From the NCBI GenBank assembly GCA_024679065.1, contig JAGIQG010000209.1, forward strand, positions 1 to 54,699: DNA of 54,699 nucleotides. The letters are read 5' to 3'. The DNA is from Sphyrna mokarran (lineage: Eukaryota). The position numbers and the translations under genes are program-made. The notes below the pieces were generated by a model, which searched no databases, was not told the DNA's origin, and worked only from the letters and a program-made list of their open reading frames with translations. Of this stretch, positions 34,801-47,470 are shown in pieces. Numbering within the stretch: position 1 is the stretch's first letter; each line of letters begins with the position of its first letter.

Positions 34801-36577
34801 TAGGCACTTAGAGCGTTGCGATTGATTAGGGATACGCATCATGGATTTGTTAAGGGGAGGTGGTGCCTTACAAATCTGGTAGAATTTTATGAGGAGGTAA
34901 CGAAATCAGTGGACGAAGGGCGAGCCGTTGATGTTGTCTATTTGGATTTTAGTAAGGCGCTTGACAAAGTCCCTCATGGGAGGTTAGTCGAGAAGGTCAA
35001 GGCAAATGGGATACAAGGACAGGTAGCTAGATGGATAAGTAACTGGCTTGGTAATAGGAGACAGAGAGTAATGGTGGAAGGGTGTTTCTCTAGCTGGAGG
35101 TCGGTCACTGGTGGTGTGCTGCAGGGCTCGGTACTGGGCCTCTTCTACTTGTAATATATATAAATGAATTGGAAGAGGGAGTAATGGAGTGATCAGCAAG
35201 TTTGCAGACGATACAAAGATGGCTGGACTTGCGGATAGTGAGGAGCATTATCAGGCGATGCAGCAGGACATAGATAGGCTGGTTGCTTGGGCGGACAGAT
35301 GGCAGATGGAACTCAATCCTGACAAATGTGAAGTGATGCATTTCGGGAGAAAGAATGTAGGAGGGAGGTACATGATAAAGGGTAGACCTATTAAGAGTAT
35401 AGAAACGCAGGGGGACCTGGAGGTACAGGTGAACAAGTCTCTGAAGGTGGCAGAGCAAGTGGAGAAGGTTGTGAAGAAAGCATATAGTATGTTAGTCTTT
35501 GTAGGAAGGGGTATAGAGTACAAGAGCTGGCCTTTAATGTTGCAGTTGTATAAAACGCTGGTTCTACCTATTTGGAATACTGCATCCAGTTCTGGTCGCC
35601 TTACTACCGAAGGACGTGGAGACTCTGGCGAGAGTGCAGAGGAGGTTTACCAGGATGCTGCCTAGAATGGAAGTTCTGAGTTACGAGGAGAGATTAGGCA
35701 AATTGGGACTGTTTTCCTTAGAAAGACATGGACTTAGAGGAGATCTGATAGAGGTGTACAAGATTTTGAAGGGGATTGAAAGAGTAAACAGGGTTAAGCT
35801 TTTTCCTAGGATGGACTCAAATAGCACGAGGGGTTACGGGCTTAGGGTGAGGGGGGTAAGGTATAATTTGGATGCTAGAGGGAGTTTTTTCACACAGAGG
35901 GTGGTGGGGGTATGGAATGCGCTTCCAAGTAAAGTGGTGGAGGCAGGTACTCTGGAGTTATTTAAGAAATACTTAGATGGGCACATGAACAGAATGGGAA
36001 TGGAGGGGTGTAGAAAACTGATTTAAAATAGGGATCATGAGCCTTGGGAGTCCCTGGGAAGTGTGCAAATAGATGACGATATTGATGTACTTGTTTTTAC
36101 CCTACAGGTGTTTGGTCCACCTTGTTGTCTAACGAGGGGCATAACACGCGATGGGTCGTGAGAGGACTGCACTTAGATCTTTTTTGAGAGTATCCTAGTG
36201 CTTCACGTTGTTGGTGTATGCTCGACCTGGACCATCTGATTGGCAACACGATAGCTCAGTGATTATTGCTCTGCTGTGCAGATACATGGATTTGGGCCTG
36301 TGTCTGTGGGAGTTTGCGCATTCTCCCCGTGCTTGCGTGGATTTTCTCCGGCGGCTCCGGTTTACTCCCACATCCCAAAGATGTGCTCTTAGGCTAATTG
36401 GCAAAACAAATTCTTCCTAAATTGTCTCAAAATTTGGTTCTTAATGCATAGATCTATACATATGGACAGGGATCGCGGGTAGAGGTGGGAACATCGGGGT
36501 GGTGGCGTGGGCTCATTGGGCCGAAGGCCCTGTTTCTCATACTGTTTTGTTCTTTGTTCTTCTTTGTTCTTTGTTCA
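31880..36577 (+). mobile_element. Near-full-length CR1 LINE (family B): 5' UTR, ORF1 (zf/leucine zipper + SGNH esterase), ORF2 (APE-RT), 3' UTR; disabled
   Basis: ORF1 from ATG 32180: CVRC..CVMCLELQRLRARVKQLERQL, VGD..VVCLPGA..IIHVG..D..DGEHLN; ORF2 CFNARS..VTETWL..SDHN, DKSPGPNG, DFSKALDKV, KFADDT; several stops and frameshifts; (TTCTTTG)n tail. Confidence 0.95.
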
Positions 36578-37239
36578 TTGCCCGCTTTCATAATCATTCC
36601 AAGTTTAAGTTACGTAGACCATAGAACAGTACAGCATAGTACAGGCCCTTCGGCCCTTCGATGTTGTGTCGAGTGGTGTCCAAAATCAAGATCAAGCTAT
36701 CCCACTGCCTATCATTCTGGTTAAATTTGTTTTAGCTAACTTACTGACACAATCAATCCTTGAGTTATACAATTTAATACTAGCAGGCTTATTAGCCACT
36801 CATTTTGAAACTATCATTACTGCATTATTTAAATGCCCATTTCATCCTTAAAACTTATATTAAAGTATTACCTGCTCGTTATTCTTATGCTGGGTATTTT
36901 ACGATTAAAGATTCCCTCCCTCAGACGCCGCTTCCATGGTGTTTCAGATCTCTTCCATATCTTCACCCAAGTTTCTCTGTTCTCAGGAGAACAATGTCAA
37001 TTCAATATTGATTTCCCCAAACACTCTACTTTGACTGGCATTACTCTCCTCTAACATGCTCGGGAATTTTCCGAAAACGCTAATACCATTCCCGAAGATT
37101 GGTGTTTGGAGCTGAAGGGAATGGGGGAAATACATGCAAGAAATGTTTCATATCTGCTTACTCAAACGTGAATGGTTTAAGACTAAATACCTCAATTAAT
37201 AAACTGAGGGATTCCACGTGACATTTGGCAGATATTAAG

Positions 37240-37699
37240 TATTCGTGTGTGTGCCAGTATATGAGAGAGTGTGTTTATGTGTGAGAAAGTGTCAGTAAGT
37301 GTGTGTGCCATTGAATCAGCTTTATATGTAAGTGTGAGTGCGTGTAAGTGAATGAATTTGTCTGGGTGTATATGCGCAAGTGTATGTCTGTTTTTGTCTG
37401 AGTGTCTGTAAGTGTGTGCATGAGTGTGTGTAAATGTATGAGTGTTTGTGTGTGCGTCAGAATGTGGCGTGTTTGTGAGTGTGTTTGTGTGCATGAGTGT
37501 GTATGACTGTGCGTCTGTATGTTTAACAGTGTGTGAGTGTATATTTATGTGTGTGTGTGAACATGTGTGTATCAGTGTATTTGTGTGCATGAGTGTGACA
37601 AAGAAAAAAAAATAATACAGTACAGAAACAAGCCCTTCGGCCCACCAAGCGTGTGCCGACACTGACGCCTCGCTAATCTTATATTTTCTTGTCAGTATG

Positions 37700-37743
<44 letters not shown>

Positions 37744-37805
37744 TGTGTATGTCACTGAGAGAATGCATGTGTAAGTGTATGAATTTGTATGTGTGTGGTT
37801 GTCTG
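37240..37805. repeat. (TG)n-rich degenerate microsatellite
   Basis: Visible in sequence. Confidence 0.9.
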
Positions 37806-38214
37806 CGTCATGAGGAGATGCTGTTATTCAAAACAACAAGAAGTGAGCTTGACCCTTCTAACCCGCAAGAATTTTTCTTTTAGTAATATCCGATACAGAA
37901 CAAATTATTTGCTCACCACTAGGGGAGCCAGAAAACTAGTTTTCATTTCTTTGAAGGAAGAGACGGCAGAGAGTGACAGATTTACAGAAGAACTGTCTAC
38001 TTGGATTGATTGGTCCTGCCTAACAGCCAAATAGTCCCGTTTTCTGACTGGATATTTTGATTTGGAAGCTAATCTTATTTAATACAATTTTAATTATTTT
38101 CTTGATAATACTCATCTCCAGTGGAAGCAGATTCGTGTTTGATACAGAATGAATAAACTGATACGAATCTAATTTCCATATCTATATATTTCCCTAATAT
38201 GAAATGTTTTACAG

Positions 38215-38339
38215 GTCTAGGACGGGGTTGCATCACCGGACTCTTTACTTAGCGGTGGGTGTTGCTGTATTGCAAAAGCTGCTAATCAGAGGGAGGCGAA
38301 TGACAAATGGATCCTGTAAGAATGGAACCACTGCTGGCG
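38215..38339 (+). pseudogene. Possible orphan frameshifted TM exon of the same receptor family
   Basis: TTTTACAG| GLGRGCITGL/(fs)YLAVGVAVLQKLLI..GSCKNGTTAG G|GTGACT; 125 nt (3n-1); SCKNG matches the corrected end of the gene A TM exon. Confidence 0.3.
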
Positions 38340-38479
38340 GTGACTGAAATCTTATTTTTACTGTGATGTGTGATACGCTCAACACACAACGAAATAACCT
38401 TAAGCAAAGTTGTTTCCGGTAATATCGCGTCCAATGAAATTCTGACAGTCCCCAGCAGAGATTCTGGACCTGCAAATGT

Positions 38480-39380
38480 TTCTGACATCATCCAGTAATG
38501 GGAAGAATGTTAAAGGTGTGTGTGTGTGTGTATGTGTTTGTGTCTGTGTGTGTGTGTGTGATTATGACGTTACCCAGCAGAGGGTAGATTGGTTAAGGTG
38601 TGTGTCCTTGTGTGTGCGAGAGGGAAAGAGAAAGAGAGAGAGAGATTGAGTGGAATTCTGGCTATCTGTGTGTCTGCGTGGTTACATAATTCTGACATTA
38701 TCAAGAAAGGGTGGATTAGTACATGTTTTGTGTGTGTGTGTGTGTGTGTGTATGTTTTGTGTGCGTGTGTGTGTGTGTGTGTGGTTCTATGTGTGTGGGG
38801 GTGAGGGGTGCGCGTGTTATTCAGACATTATCCAGCAGAGGGTAGATTGGTAAAGGCATGTGTATTTCTTTGTGTGTACATGTGTCTGTGTGAGAGAGAG
38901 ACAGACAGACAGACAGATAAATTGTGGCTGTTTGTTTGTCTGCGAGGGTGTGTGATTCTGACAATATTAAGCAAAGGGTAGATTGATAAAAGTATGTTTG
39001 TGTGCTAGGGAGAGGGCGAGAACGACAAAAATCATGTCTATGTGACTGTTTGTATGCGTTTGTGTGCGTTTGTGTATGTGTGTGTGTGTATGAGTGTGTG
39101 GGTGTGTTTATGTGTGTGTATGCGCGCGCGTATGCTTGGTTGTGTCATTCTGATATTATCCAACAGATTGGTAAAGATGTGTGTGCTTTGTGTTTGCACG
39201 TATATGTGTGTGATGGAGAGACGGAGAAAAGTCCAGGCTGTGCCAGTGGCGAGAGAAGTTCTGCTTGTGTGTGCGTCTTTGCGTGTGCATGCGAGGAAGG
39301 CACAGAGATTTTGGCTGTGTGTGCGCCTGTGTATGCGTGAGAGAGGCAGAGCGATTCTGGCTATGTGCGGGTCTACGTGT
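38480..39380. repeat. Minisatellite: conserved ~35-bp core separated by (TG)n tracts
   Basis: About 6 x TTCTGACATTATCCAGCAGAGGGTAGATTGGTAAAGG. Confidence 0.75.
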
Positions 39381-40450
39381 TGATTGGATTTATTATTGTC
39401 GCATGTATGAGTATACAGTGAAAGTTATTGTTTCAAATGCGCTCCACAGGCAAAGCACTAGAGAAAGAAAGGAGAGGGCGAGATTGCAGTGATACAGTCA
39501 GAGCTGGGGTGTTGAGAAAGATCAACTGAATGCAAGGTTGGTCCATTCAAAGTCTGATGGTAGCAGAAAAGCTATGTCAGGAATGGTCTTGACTCGTTTA
39601 AATTCGTCCCCACTGATATAGACTGGGGCATGTTCTCTGCTACACTTCCTGAAGTCAATGACAATCTTCTTCGTTTTGTTGACCGTGAGGGAGAGATAAT
39701 TATTGCCGCATCAGTCCACGAGATTCTCTATCTCATTCCTGTATTCAGTCTCATCATTGTTTGAGATATGACTCATGACCGTAATGTCATCAATAAACTT
39801 GAAAATGGAGTTGGAGTGGGCCTCATAGTCATAGATGCATAAGGAGTATAGTAGGGGGCTGAGAACACAGTCTCGGGGCGCACTGGTGCTGAGCAACATA
39901 AGAGCAAGTGTTTTTGCCTATTCTTACTGACTGTGCTCTATGGGTTAGGAAGTTTAGGATCCAGTCGCAGAGGGAGAGACCGTGGCCCAGGCCATTGAGC
40001 TTGGAGATGCGCTCGGTAGGAATAATGCTGTTGAGGCTGAGCGGTAGTCAATGAAAAGGAGTCTGCTATCTGTGCCTTTGTTGCCTCGGTGTTCCAGAGT
40101 TGAGTACAGGGCCAGGCTTCTGTGATCTCTTGCGACTGTAGGCAAACGGTCGTGGATCCAGGCAGACTAGGAAGCTGGAATTGATTATGTCATGACTAGC
40201 CTTTCAAAGATCTTCATAGTGATGGATGTCAGAGCCACCTGACGATAGCTATTAAGGCACGCTTTGGTGGTGGGTTGGTGATTGTCTTCTTGAAACAGAT
40301 AGGGATCTCAGGCTGTTGGAAAGGGAGACTCAAGGTGTCTGCGAATGTTCCCGCCACTGACCGGCATAGGACCTAAGTGCTTATCCTGGTACCCCGTCCT
40401 GGTCCATCTCTTTCAGTAGATTCACCTTCGAGAAGGCTGATCTCACATCT
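39380..40450 (-). mobile_element. Rex1/Babar-like LINE RT fragment
   Basis: Minus ORFs STSAPRDCVLSPLLYSL..SNSIFKFIDDITV..ISNNDETEYR, RLLFIDYRSA. Confidence 0.8.
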
Positions 40451-40996
40451 GCAATGGTGACATCTGCAATGATAGGGCTTTGTGACCATGACTCCCCACG
40501 TCTGCATCTGAGCAGACTGAGCAAATTAGTAATTCTACAGTTGGGCAAATGGCTGCGGTTGTGATTTCAGCTATAAATAGCCAACAGAATGAATTTTCAA
40601 AAGGTGTTGGGAAAATAAACCAACACTACAGATTCCGGGGGCTCGAGGAGAATTGTGAAGCCGGTTCTAATAAATTGGCTGAAAGCAATTTAGTGCTGTA
40701 ATCTGAAATAGAAGCAGGAAATTCTGGAACATCTCAGCAGGTCTGACAGCATCAGTGGAGGGAGAATACGAATAACGTTTCTGAGCTGACGGTTCTGGGT
40801 AACCATTTGTCAGAGCTGGGGCTGAATTTGGTGTCCTGAGCTTCAATCAAAAGTTTCAGATGATTTATTTAATTAGCTACCAAACATAAACACTATTGGT
40901 GTTATCAAATTGTCCCTAAATTAGTCTTCCCTCAATCTTCTCCAGTAGGCGTAGACATAGGTTTAGGTAGACGAAGGCACTCACAACGTTAAAGTT

Positions 40997-42331
40997 GTGT
41001 AGTCCTCTCGGGGCATCTGCAACCCTTTGGACAGGAGTGTATCATGATTAAACCCAAGGAGCTCATAAATGTCCACAGGTACTCATGGCCCTTCCAGAGT
41101 ACTCGCAGATGTGAAGGAAAGCTAAGGGAAGGCGTATTTGATTTTCTTGCTACCGACCACCAATTGTGATAACAACATCAGGAAGATATACCGGACGTAT
41201 AACTTCAAACCAGCATGTCATTTCAAATAATCTCAGGGGGACCCTTATTTCGTTGCGTTAATTTGGAGGCCGTGCTGGGGGCGGAAAAATAATCGCACGC
41301 CCGAGGAGTGACCCCGTCCTCAGCACGAAGTAAGCTTCGTTAATGGTGTACGTTTTCATTTCTTCAGAGGGTGGTTTTTCAGATCCGCCGTGCAGGATCA
41401 CTGACTAATTTTAGATAAGATAGAATCATTAGAGGCGTCAATTTGTACTCGTACCACTGGAAAGCTCCCCAAACTATTTAGAGTCCTCATTGTCCCCTTC
41501 CAATGCTGGTAAGTGAGCCAGGCTTGTGGCAACCAGAGATGTTACAATGCGTCAGCATTAACTATCTGGATTCCACGTCACTGTTCCTGATGATATTTGT
41601 AGGCTGACAATAAAGTAGAGCTATATCAGGACAGAGACTCTGGGGAGAAAGGGAGGTGAGACTGGTGGTCGGTGGAGAAGGAGTGTGGAATTACGTTATC
41701 CGCTTGTAGAGGCCTAATAGGTGTTGCAAAGAACAAAGAAGAATACCGCACGGGAAACACCCAACAAGCCTGCACCGCCATTGTAACATCTCTGGTTGCC
41801 ACAAGCCTGGCTCGCTTACCAGCATTGGAAGGGGACAATGAGGACTCTAAATAGTTTGGGGAGCTTTCCAGTGGTACGAGTACAAATTGATGCCTCTAAT
41901 GATTCTATCTTATCTAAAATTAGTCAGTGATCCTGCACGGCGGATCTGAAAAACCACCCTCTGAAGAAATGAAAACGTACACCATTAACGAAGCTTACTT
42001 CGTGCTGAGGACGGGGTCACTCCTCGGGCGTGCGATTATTTTTCCGCCCCCAGCACGGCCTCCAAATTAACGCAACGAAATAAGGGTCCCCCTGAGATTA
42101 TTTGAAATGACATGCTGGTTTGAAGTTATACGTCCGGTATATCTTCCTGATGTTGTTATCACAATTGGTGGTCGGTAGCAAGAAAATCAAATACGCCTTC
42201 CCTTAGCTTTCCTTCACATCTGCGAGTACTCTGGAAGGGCCATGAGTACCTGTGGACATTTATGAGCTCCTTGGGTTTAATCATGATACACTCCTGTCCA
42301 AAGGGTTGCAGATGCCCCGAGAGGACTACAC
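40997..42331. repeat. Long near-perfect inverted repeat: 553-bp arms (40997-41549 / 41779-42331), 229-bp spacer
   Basis: GTGTAGTCCTCTCGGGG..GTTACAATG is the reverse complement of CATTGTAAC..CCCCGAGAGGACTACAC; two transitions noticed by eye. Confidence 0.95.
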
Positions 42332-42524
42332 TATTTCCCAGGCAGTGATCTAGATGTAATGTCAAGGTGCCAGTGTATATGGAATACTAGGATGGTGGTT
42401 CCCACAAACGGCTAGCAATGATTCCTAGCAATGCATGCTCTCCAAAGATTACGAAAATATTTTAGCAGCTCATGATCACTTTTCGCACAAAGGCTGGTGC
42501 AACGTATGGTTCAAGACTTCAATG

Positions 42525-43517
42525 ATTGTATAAAATGTTGGTTAGACCTTATTTGGAAAACTGCGTCCAGTTCTGGTCGCCTTACTACCGGAAGGACGTG
42601 GAGACTCTGGAGAGAGTGCAGAGGAGGTTTACCAGGATGCTGCCTAGGAAGGTCTGAGTTATGAGGAGAGATTAGGCAAATTGGGACTGTTTTCTTAGAA
42701 AGACGTGGACTTAGAGGAGATCTGATAGAGGTGTACAAGATTTTGAAGGGGATTGATAGAGTAAACAGGGTTAAGCTTTTTCCTGGGATGGACTCAAATA
42801 GCACGAGGGGTCACGATCTTAGAGTGAGGAGGGTAAGATATAATATGGATACTCGAGGGAGTTTATTCACAAAGAGGGTGGTAGGGGCATGGAAGGCGCT
42901 GCCAAGTAAAGTGGTGGAGGCAGGTAGTCTGGAGTTATTTAAGAAATACTTAGATGGGCACATGAACAGAGTAGGAATGGAGGGGTACAGAAAACTGATT
43001 TAAAATAGGGATCATGAGCCTTGGGAGTCCCTGGGAAGTGAGTAAATAGATGATGATATTGATCTATTTGTTTTTATTCTACAGGTGCTTTGGTCCACCT
43101 TGTTGTCTAACGAGGGGCGTACACGCAATGGGTCGTGAGAGGACTGCTCTTGGATCTTTTTCGAGAGTATCCTACTGTTTCACGTTGTTCATGTACGCTT
43201 GACCTGGACCTTCTGATGGGCAACACGACAGCTCAGTGATTATCGCTGTGCTGTGCAGGTACATGGATTTGGCCCTGTGTCTGTGGGAGTTTGCGCATTC
43301 TCCCCGTGTTTGCGTGGGTTTTCTCCGGGTGCTCTGGTTTCCTCCCCATCCCAAAGATGTGCTCTCAGGCTAATTGGCAAAATAAATTCTCCCTAAATTG
43401 TCTCAAATTTGGTTTTTAAATCCACTGATCTATAAACATGGACAGGGATCGCGGGAAGAGATGGGAACATCGGGGTGGCGGCGCGGCTCGTTGGGCTGTT
43501 TTGTTCTTTGTTCTTTG
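42525..43517 (+). mobile_element. CR1 family B 3' fragment with the same SINE-core 3' UTR
   Basis: ORF 42731-43003 MYKILKGIDRVNRVKLFP..YRKLI*; near-identical to 35545-36577. Confidence 0.92.
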
Positions 43518-43869
43518 ACAAAGCAACTGGTGGCATACTGAGGAAACCGGATGGCACGTTTTATGCTTGATTGCGGGTGAACAAGGGACACAGCAACAAG
43601 TGTTGCTCCAGCGGATCTGTTAGTGGGAAGACAGTTTCATACAAAATTGAGCCTGCATCATTTATAATTCCCACAACTTGTCTGGGCTTAGAAAGCATAT
43701 AAAGCATAGAAAATTTACAGCTCAGAAACAGGCCTTTTGGCCCTTCTTGTCTGTGCCGAACCATTTTTTGCCTAGTTTCACTGACCTGCACTTGAACCAT
43801 ATACGTCCACACCATGAACCCGTCCAAGTTTCTCTTAAATGTTAAAAGTTACCCCGCATTTACCACCAG

Positions 43870-44150
43870 ACTTCAAAAATCTCACTAACTGTCCTGCTGG
43901 AGACAATACGTATCTGTTTAACCTGTGCCTAACCCTCTCGCCACTCACATTCTCTGTACCTTTAAGACTTGATTACCTGTAAAGACTCGCGTTCCAACCA
44001 TTATTTTGGAAATGGAATTTGTATCTTTATATGTCATGTTTGTGATCAAAACTCCCGTTTACCTGATGAAGGAGCAGCGCTCCGAAAGCTCGTGGCTTGT
44101 GCTACCAAATAAACTTGTTTGGCTTCAACCAGGTGATCTGGGATTTCTTA
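43870..44150 (+). mobile_element. Penelope-like element terminal repeat remnant
   Basis: Contains CCTGATGAAGGAGCAGCGCTCCGAAAGCT and CCAAATAAAC; second, decayed copy at 17640-17985 (-). Confidence 0.55.
44058..44095 (+). ncRNA. Minimal type-I hammerhead ribozyme motif (Penelope-type)
   Basis: CUGAUGA(44063-69)-A-stem II GGAGC/GCUCC-GAAA(44084-87)-palindromic AGCU-UC; weak stem I UUAC/GUGG. Confidence 0.5.
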
Positions 44151-45364
44151 CAGAGCCTATATTGGAAACAGATCGCTCCCTTGGTAATTGTCCCTCATTA
44201 CAAATACGCTGTTCTCACCTCAATCCAGAATTAGACCCTTAAAAGCTTTGTCCTTCTAATTTAACATCCCATCACCAACATCCCTTTCCTTTCCGACGCC
44301 CTCCAATATGCTATAAGATTTTGTTTCCACGCTCAACTTCACCACAATTCCATTTCTGCCTTTCTCCAATCAGCTGCCTTCACAGGCCAGGATCCATTTC
44401 AAAGCAACACGTATCATTTCTTAGTGACTGCGATAATCTCTCCGTCCACATCGTTCTCCACATGTAGCCAGCAGCTGGGTTGACAATACCGCCCTTCTCC
44501 AATACCTGTCCAACTTAATGGAACTGATCTTGGCAGGATTCCATTCTGGGCTATTGAATCATAATCCGGCATGAAAAGCAACCATCCCTCTCTCTGTACT
44601 TTTAACGCCTGAGTCCAGATCAATCGAAGATTGTTCCCACTTCTAATTGTCACCTACAGGCTAAATATCGATGAACTATGATCCATTCAAAACTCCTTCA
44701 CTCCTGAGACATTCCGTTCCAGCAGGCAAAAAGACACGGGCAATGTGAAGGATTGGTCAGGTGGTAAAGCAGCCCGACCTGATTGCTACACACACAATAA
44801 ACATCCACTCCCTCTTCCACCAATGCAAAATGACAGCCGTGAGCACCATGGCCAAGATGCACTGCAGCAATTTTCCGCATTGAAAACAATTTTCATCCGT
44901 CTGTTACACTTGTCCTTCGATTAACAAGGAGGACAAGGATAGCAGGCGCGAGGGAACACCAGCACTTGGAGATTTCCCTCCAAGTCTCACACCATTCTTA
45001 TTTGGAAATAGATCACTCTCCCTTCACTGTCGCTGGGAGACAATTTTGTATACCTCCCTATACATACACCACAGGGAAATCAGCGGCTCAAGAAGGAAAT
45101 CACAACCATCTCGGGAAGCAATTAGGGCAGACGATACGCATTCACCTTGCCAGTGGAGGTCGCATTCCCTTGCAAGATAAAATAGCACAAGACGCCCATG
45201 CCAACCATCCCTTTTGTGAAAGCAGGAAAAAAATGTTAATAATGAATTAGTGTTTGAGTTAAAATAATCCAATTGGCTGTTTCATGATGACTATAAGGTG
45301 AGCAGATGTCTATTGATGATTGAGTTTCTAATTCTCACTCACTTGTTTTGTATAGCAGTCTCCA

Positions 45365-45750
45365 TTGTGAGGTCTTTTGAGGAAGGGTTGAAAGAGCTGG
45401 GCTTTTTCCTCTTTGGAGCGGAGGAGGATGAGAGGCGACTTAATAGAGGTTTATAAAATGATGAAGGGGATTGAGTGGAAGTGCAGAGACTATTTCCTCT
45501 GGTGATGTAGCTGTTACTAGGGGCATAACTATAAAATTCATAGTGGGAGAACAGGAAGGATGTTCGGGATAGGTTCTTTACTAAGAGAGTGGTTGGGATG
45601 TGGAATAGACTGCCTGCTGTGATAGTGGAGTCGGATACTTTCAAGCCGTTATTGGATAGGCACATGGCGGGGACAGCTTGATCTTGGGATTCGGCATGGC
45701 TCGGCACAACACTGAGGGCCGAAGGGCCTGTACTGTGCAGTTCTGTTCCA
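45365..45750 (+). mobile_element. Degenerate CR1 3' fragment
   Basis: GAGGTCTTTTGAGGAAGGGTTG..AGGATGAGAGGCGACTTAATAGAGG..GGGCCGAAGGGCCTGTACTGTG. Confidence 0.8.
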
Positions 45751-46279
45751 TGTGAGCTCTTTAACAGTCAATCCGCAGACTACAGCCTGAGGACGCAGTC
45801 ATTGGAGGATAATACTGAGATATTCACGAAGAGAAGGAGGAATTTTACACCCAGGATATGACTCGGAGAATAGGGCATTCGTTTCATTTGGGATTTAAGG
45901 GGTGTGGGATGGAGGCATATATTTCTCAGCAGGCATCCATCTTAAAGAATACATTCAAATGGAGTCATAAAGGTAAATTGCACAGGAAATGCCCTTCAGT
46001 CCATCGTGTCTGTGTCAGACAGAGACAAACCACCTAACTATCCTATTAACTTTTGCAGAACTTGGCCCGTTTTCTTATATACCTTGTGCATCGCAAGTGG
46101 GCATCTAAATACATCTTAAACGTTGTAAGGTACTCTTCCTTCAGGCATTGATTTCCAGAATCTCAACCAGCCGTTCTTTCAGGAGGCAGTCACAACATTT
46201 GGTTAAAGAGATCAGTGCTGTCATGAAAAACGACATAGAAATCAGTCTGCAGCTAAATGAATAGAATAGAATGGTAAGG

Positions 46280-46560
46280 AAGTATTGATGTAACTAGACA
46301 AGGCATTGTTGAGGCCGCACCTGGAGTATTGTGACCAGTTTCCTTTCCTTTATTTGAAGATTGTTGTAGTGATATTGGACGCAGTTCAGAGGGGATTCAC
46401 TAGGCTTATTCCAGTGATGAAGGGATAAAGAGAGATTGAAACGTTTAGGCATATACTCTCCAGAACTGAGAAGAATGAGGGGAAATCAAATTCAGGGGTA
46501 TAACATGATGAAAGTATGGATAAAATGGAGATGGAGCGGATGCATCCTCTTTCGGGGCGT
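46280..46560 (+). mobile_element. Degenerate CR1 RT fragment
   Basis: AGGCCGCACCTGGAGTATTGTG..CAGAGGGGATTCACTAGG. Confidence 0.7.
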
Positions 46561-47124
46561 TCTGACATGTTCAATTACTTCAAATAATTCTCATTTTCTG
46601 TTCTTTGCCACGAATGGCAGTGGGAGTCAATGTACCTTTTGACAGAGAAATAAACTGCAGGGATGATGCTGATTCAGATTCTGGAATAGCTCCCTGATAA
46701 TCTGATGGACTGAGGTGGGATGATCTTGGCAGGAACCGTTTCTAAACAGGAATGCAGTGTCAAGAAAGAGATCTCCGCACTTCAAAGAAAACAGAGTCAG
46801 AACCGCCATGGAATAGATGACGCTGTCAATCATATTGGGTGCCTTGGGCCTCATCAACATGGAGGCTGTTCCCTTATTTTCGTGTGTTACAAAAATATAC
46901 TTTATTGATAAAATATCTGGAAGCACATCGCATCATTTCAAAATGGACATCACCAAAAGTGCAAAATACAGTTCAAGAGGCAATGGAAATTCGTTATGTC
47001 CACTGTGGAACTCATCAAAGTTCCATGGAAAATGGAAGATCCATGGAAAGCATCAATTTTCTATGTATCACAGCTTGTTATGTGTCCTGCTCCAAGACCG
47101 CAAGAAATTATCATGAGTCGTGAA

Positions 47125-47470
47125 CGTCGCTCAGTCCGTCATGCAAACCAGCCTCCCATCCATTGGCTCTGTCCACACTTCCCGCTGCCTAAGGAAAGGA
47201 GCCAGCATTACTAAGGACCCAACGCATCCTGGACATTCTGCACGGGACATGACAGCTTCTTCCCTGATGCAATCGGATTTTAGAATGGTCCTATCACATA
47301 TTAAGCTGAACTTTGTCCACACAAATTCGATAACTGCAGCATTGTATTTTGCACCCTCTATTTTCCTTACCTCCACATACTCTTTGAATGGTATGTTTTG
47401 TCTGTATGGTGCGCAAAAAATAATATATTTCACTGCATCCTAATATATGTGACAATAACAAATCACATCA
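47125..47470 (+). mobile_element. Rex1-like LINE 3' fragment
   Basis: QTSLPSIGSVHTSRCLRKGASITKDPTHPGHS; TGTGACAATAA tail. Confidence 0.7.

Noticed and set aside
37192-39492. His/Thr-rich and Cys/Val-rich ORFs
   Set aside because: Translations of (TG)n/(CA)n microsatellites
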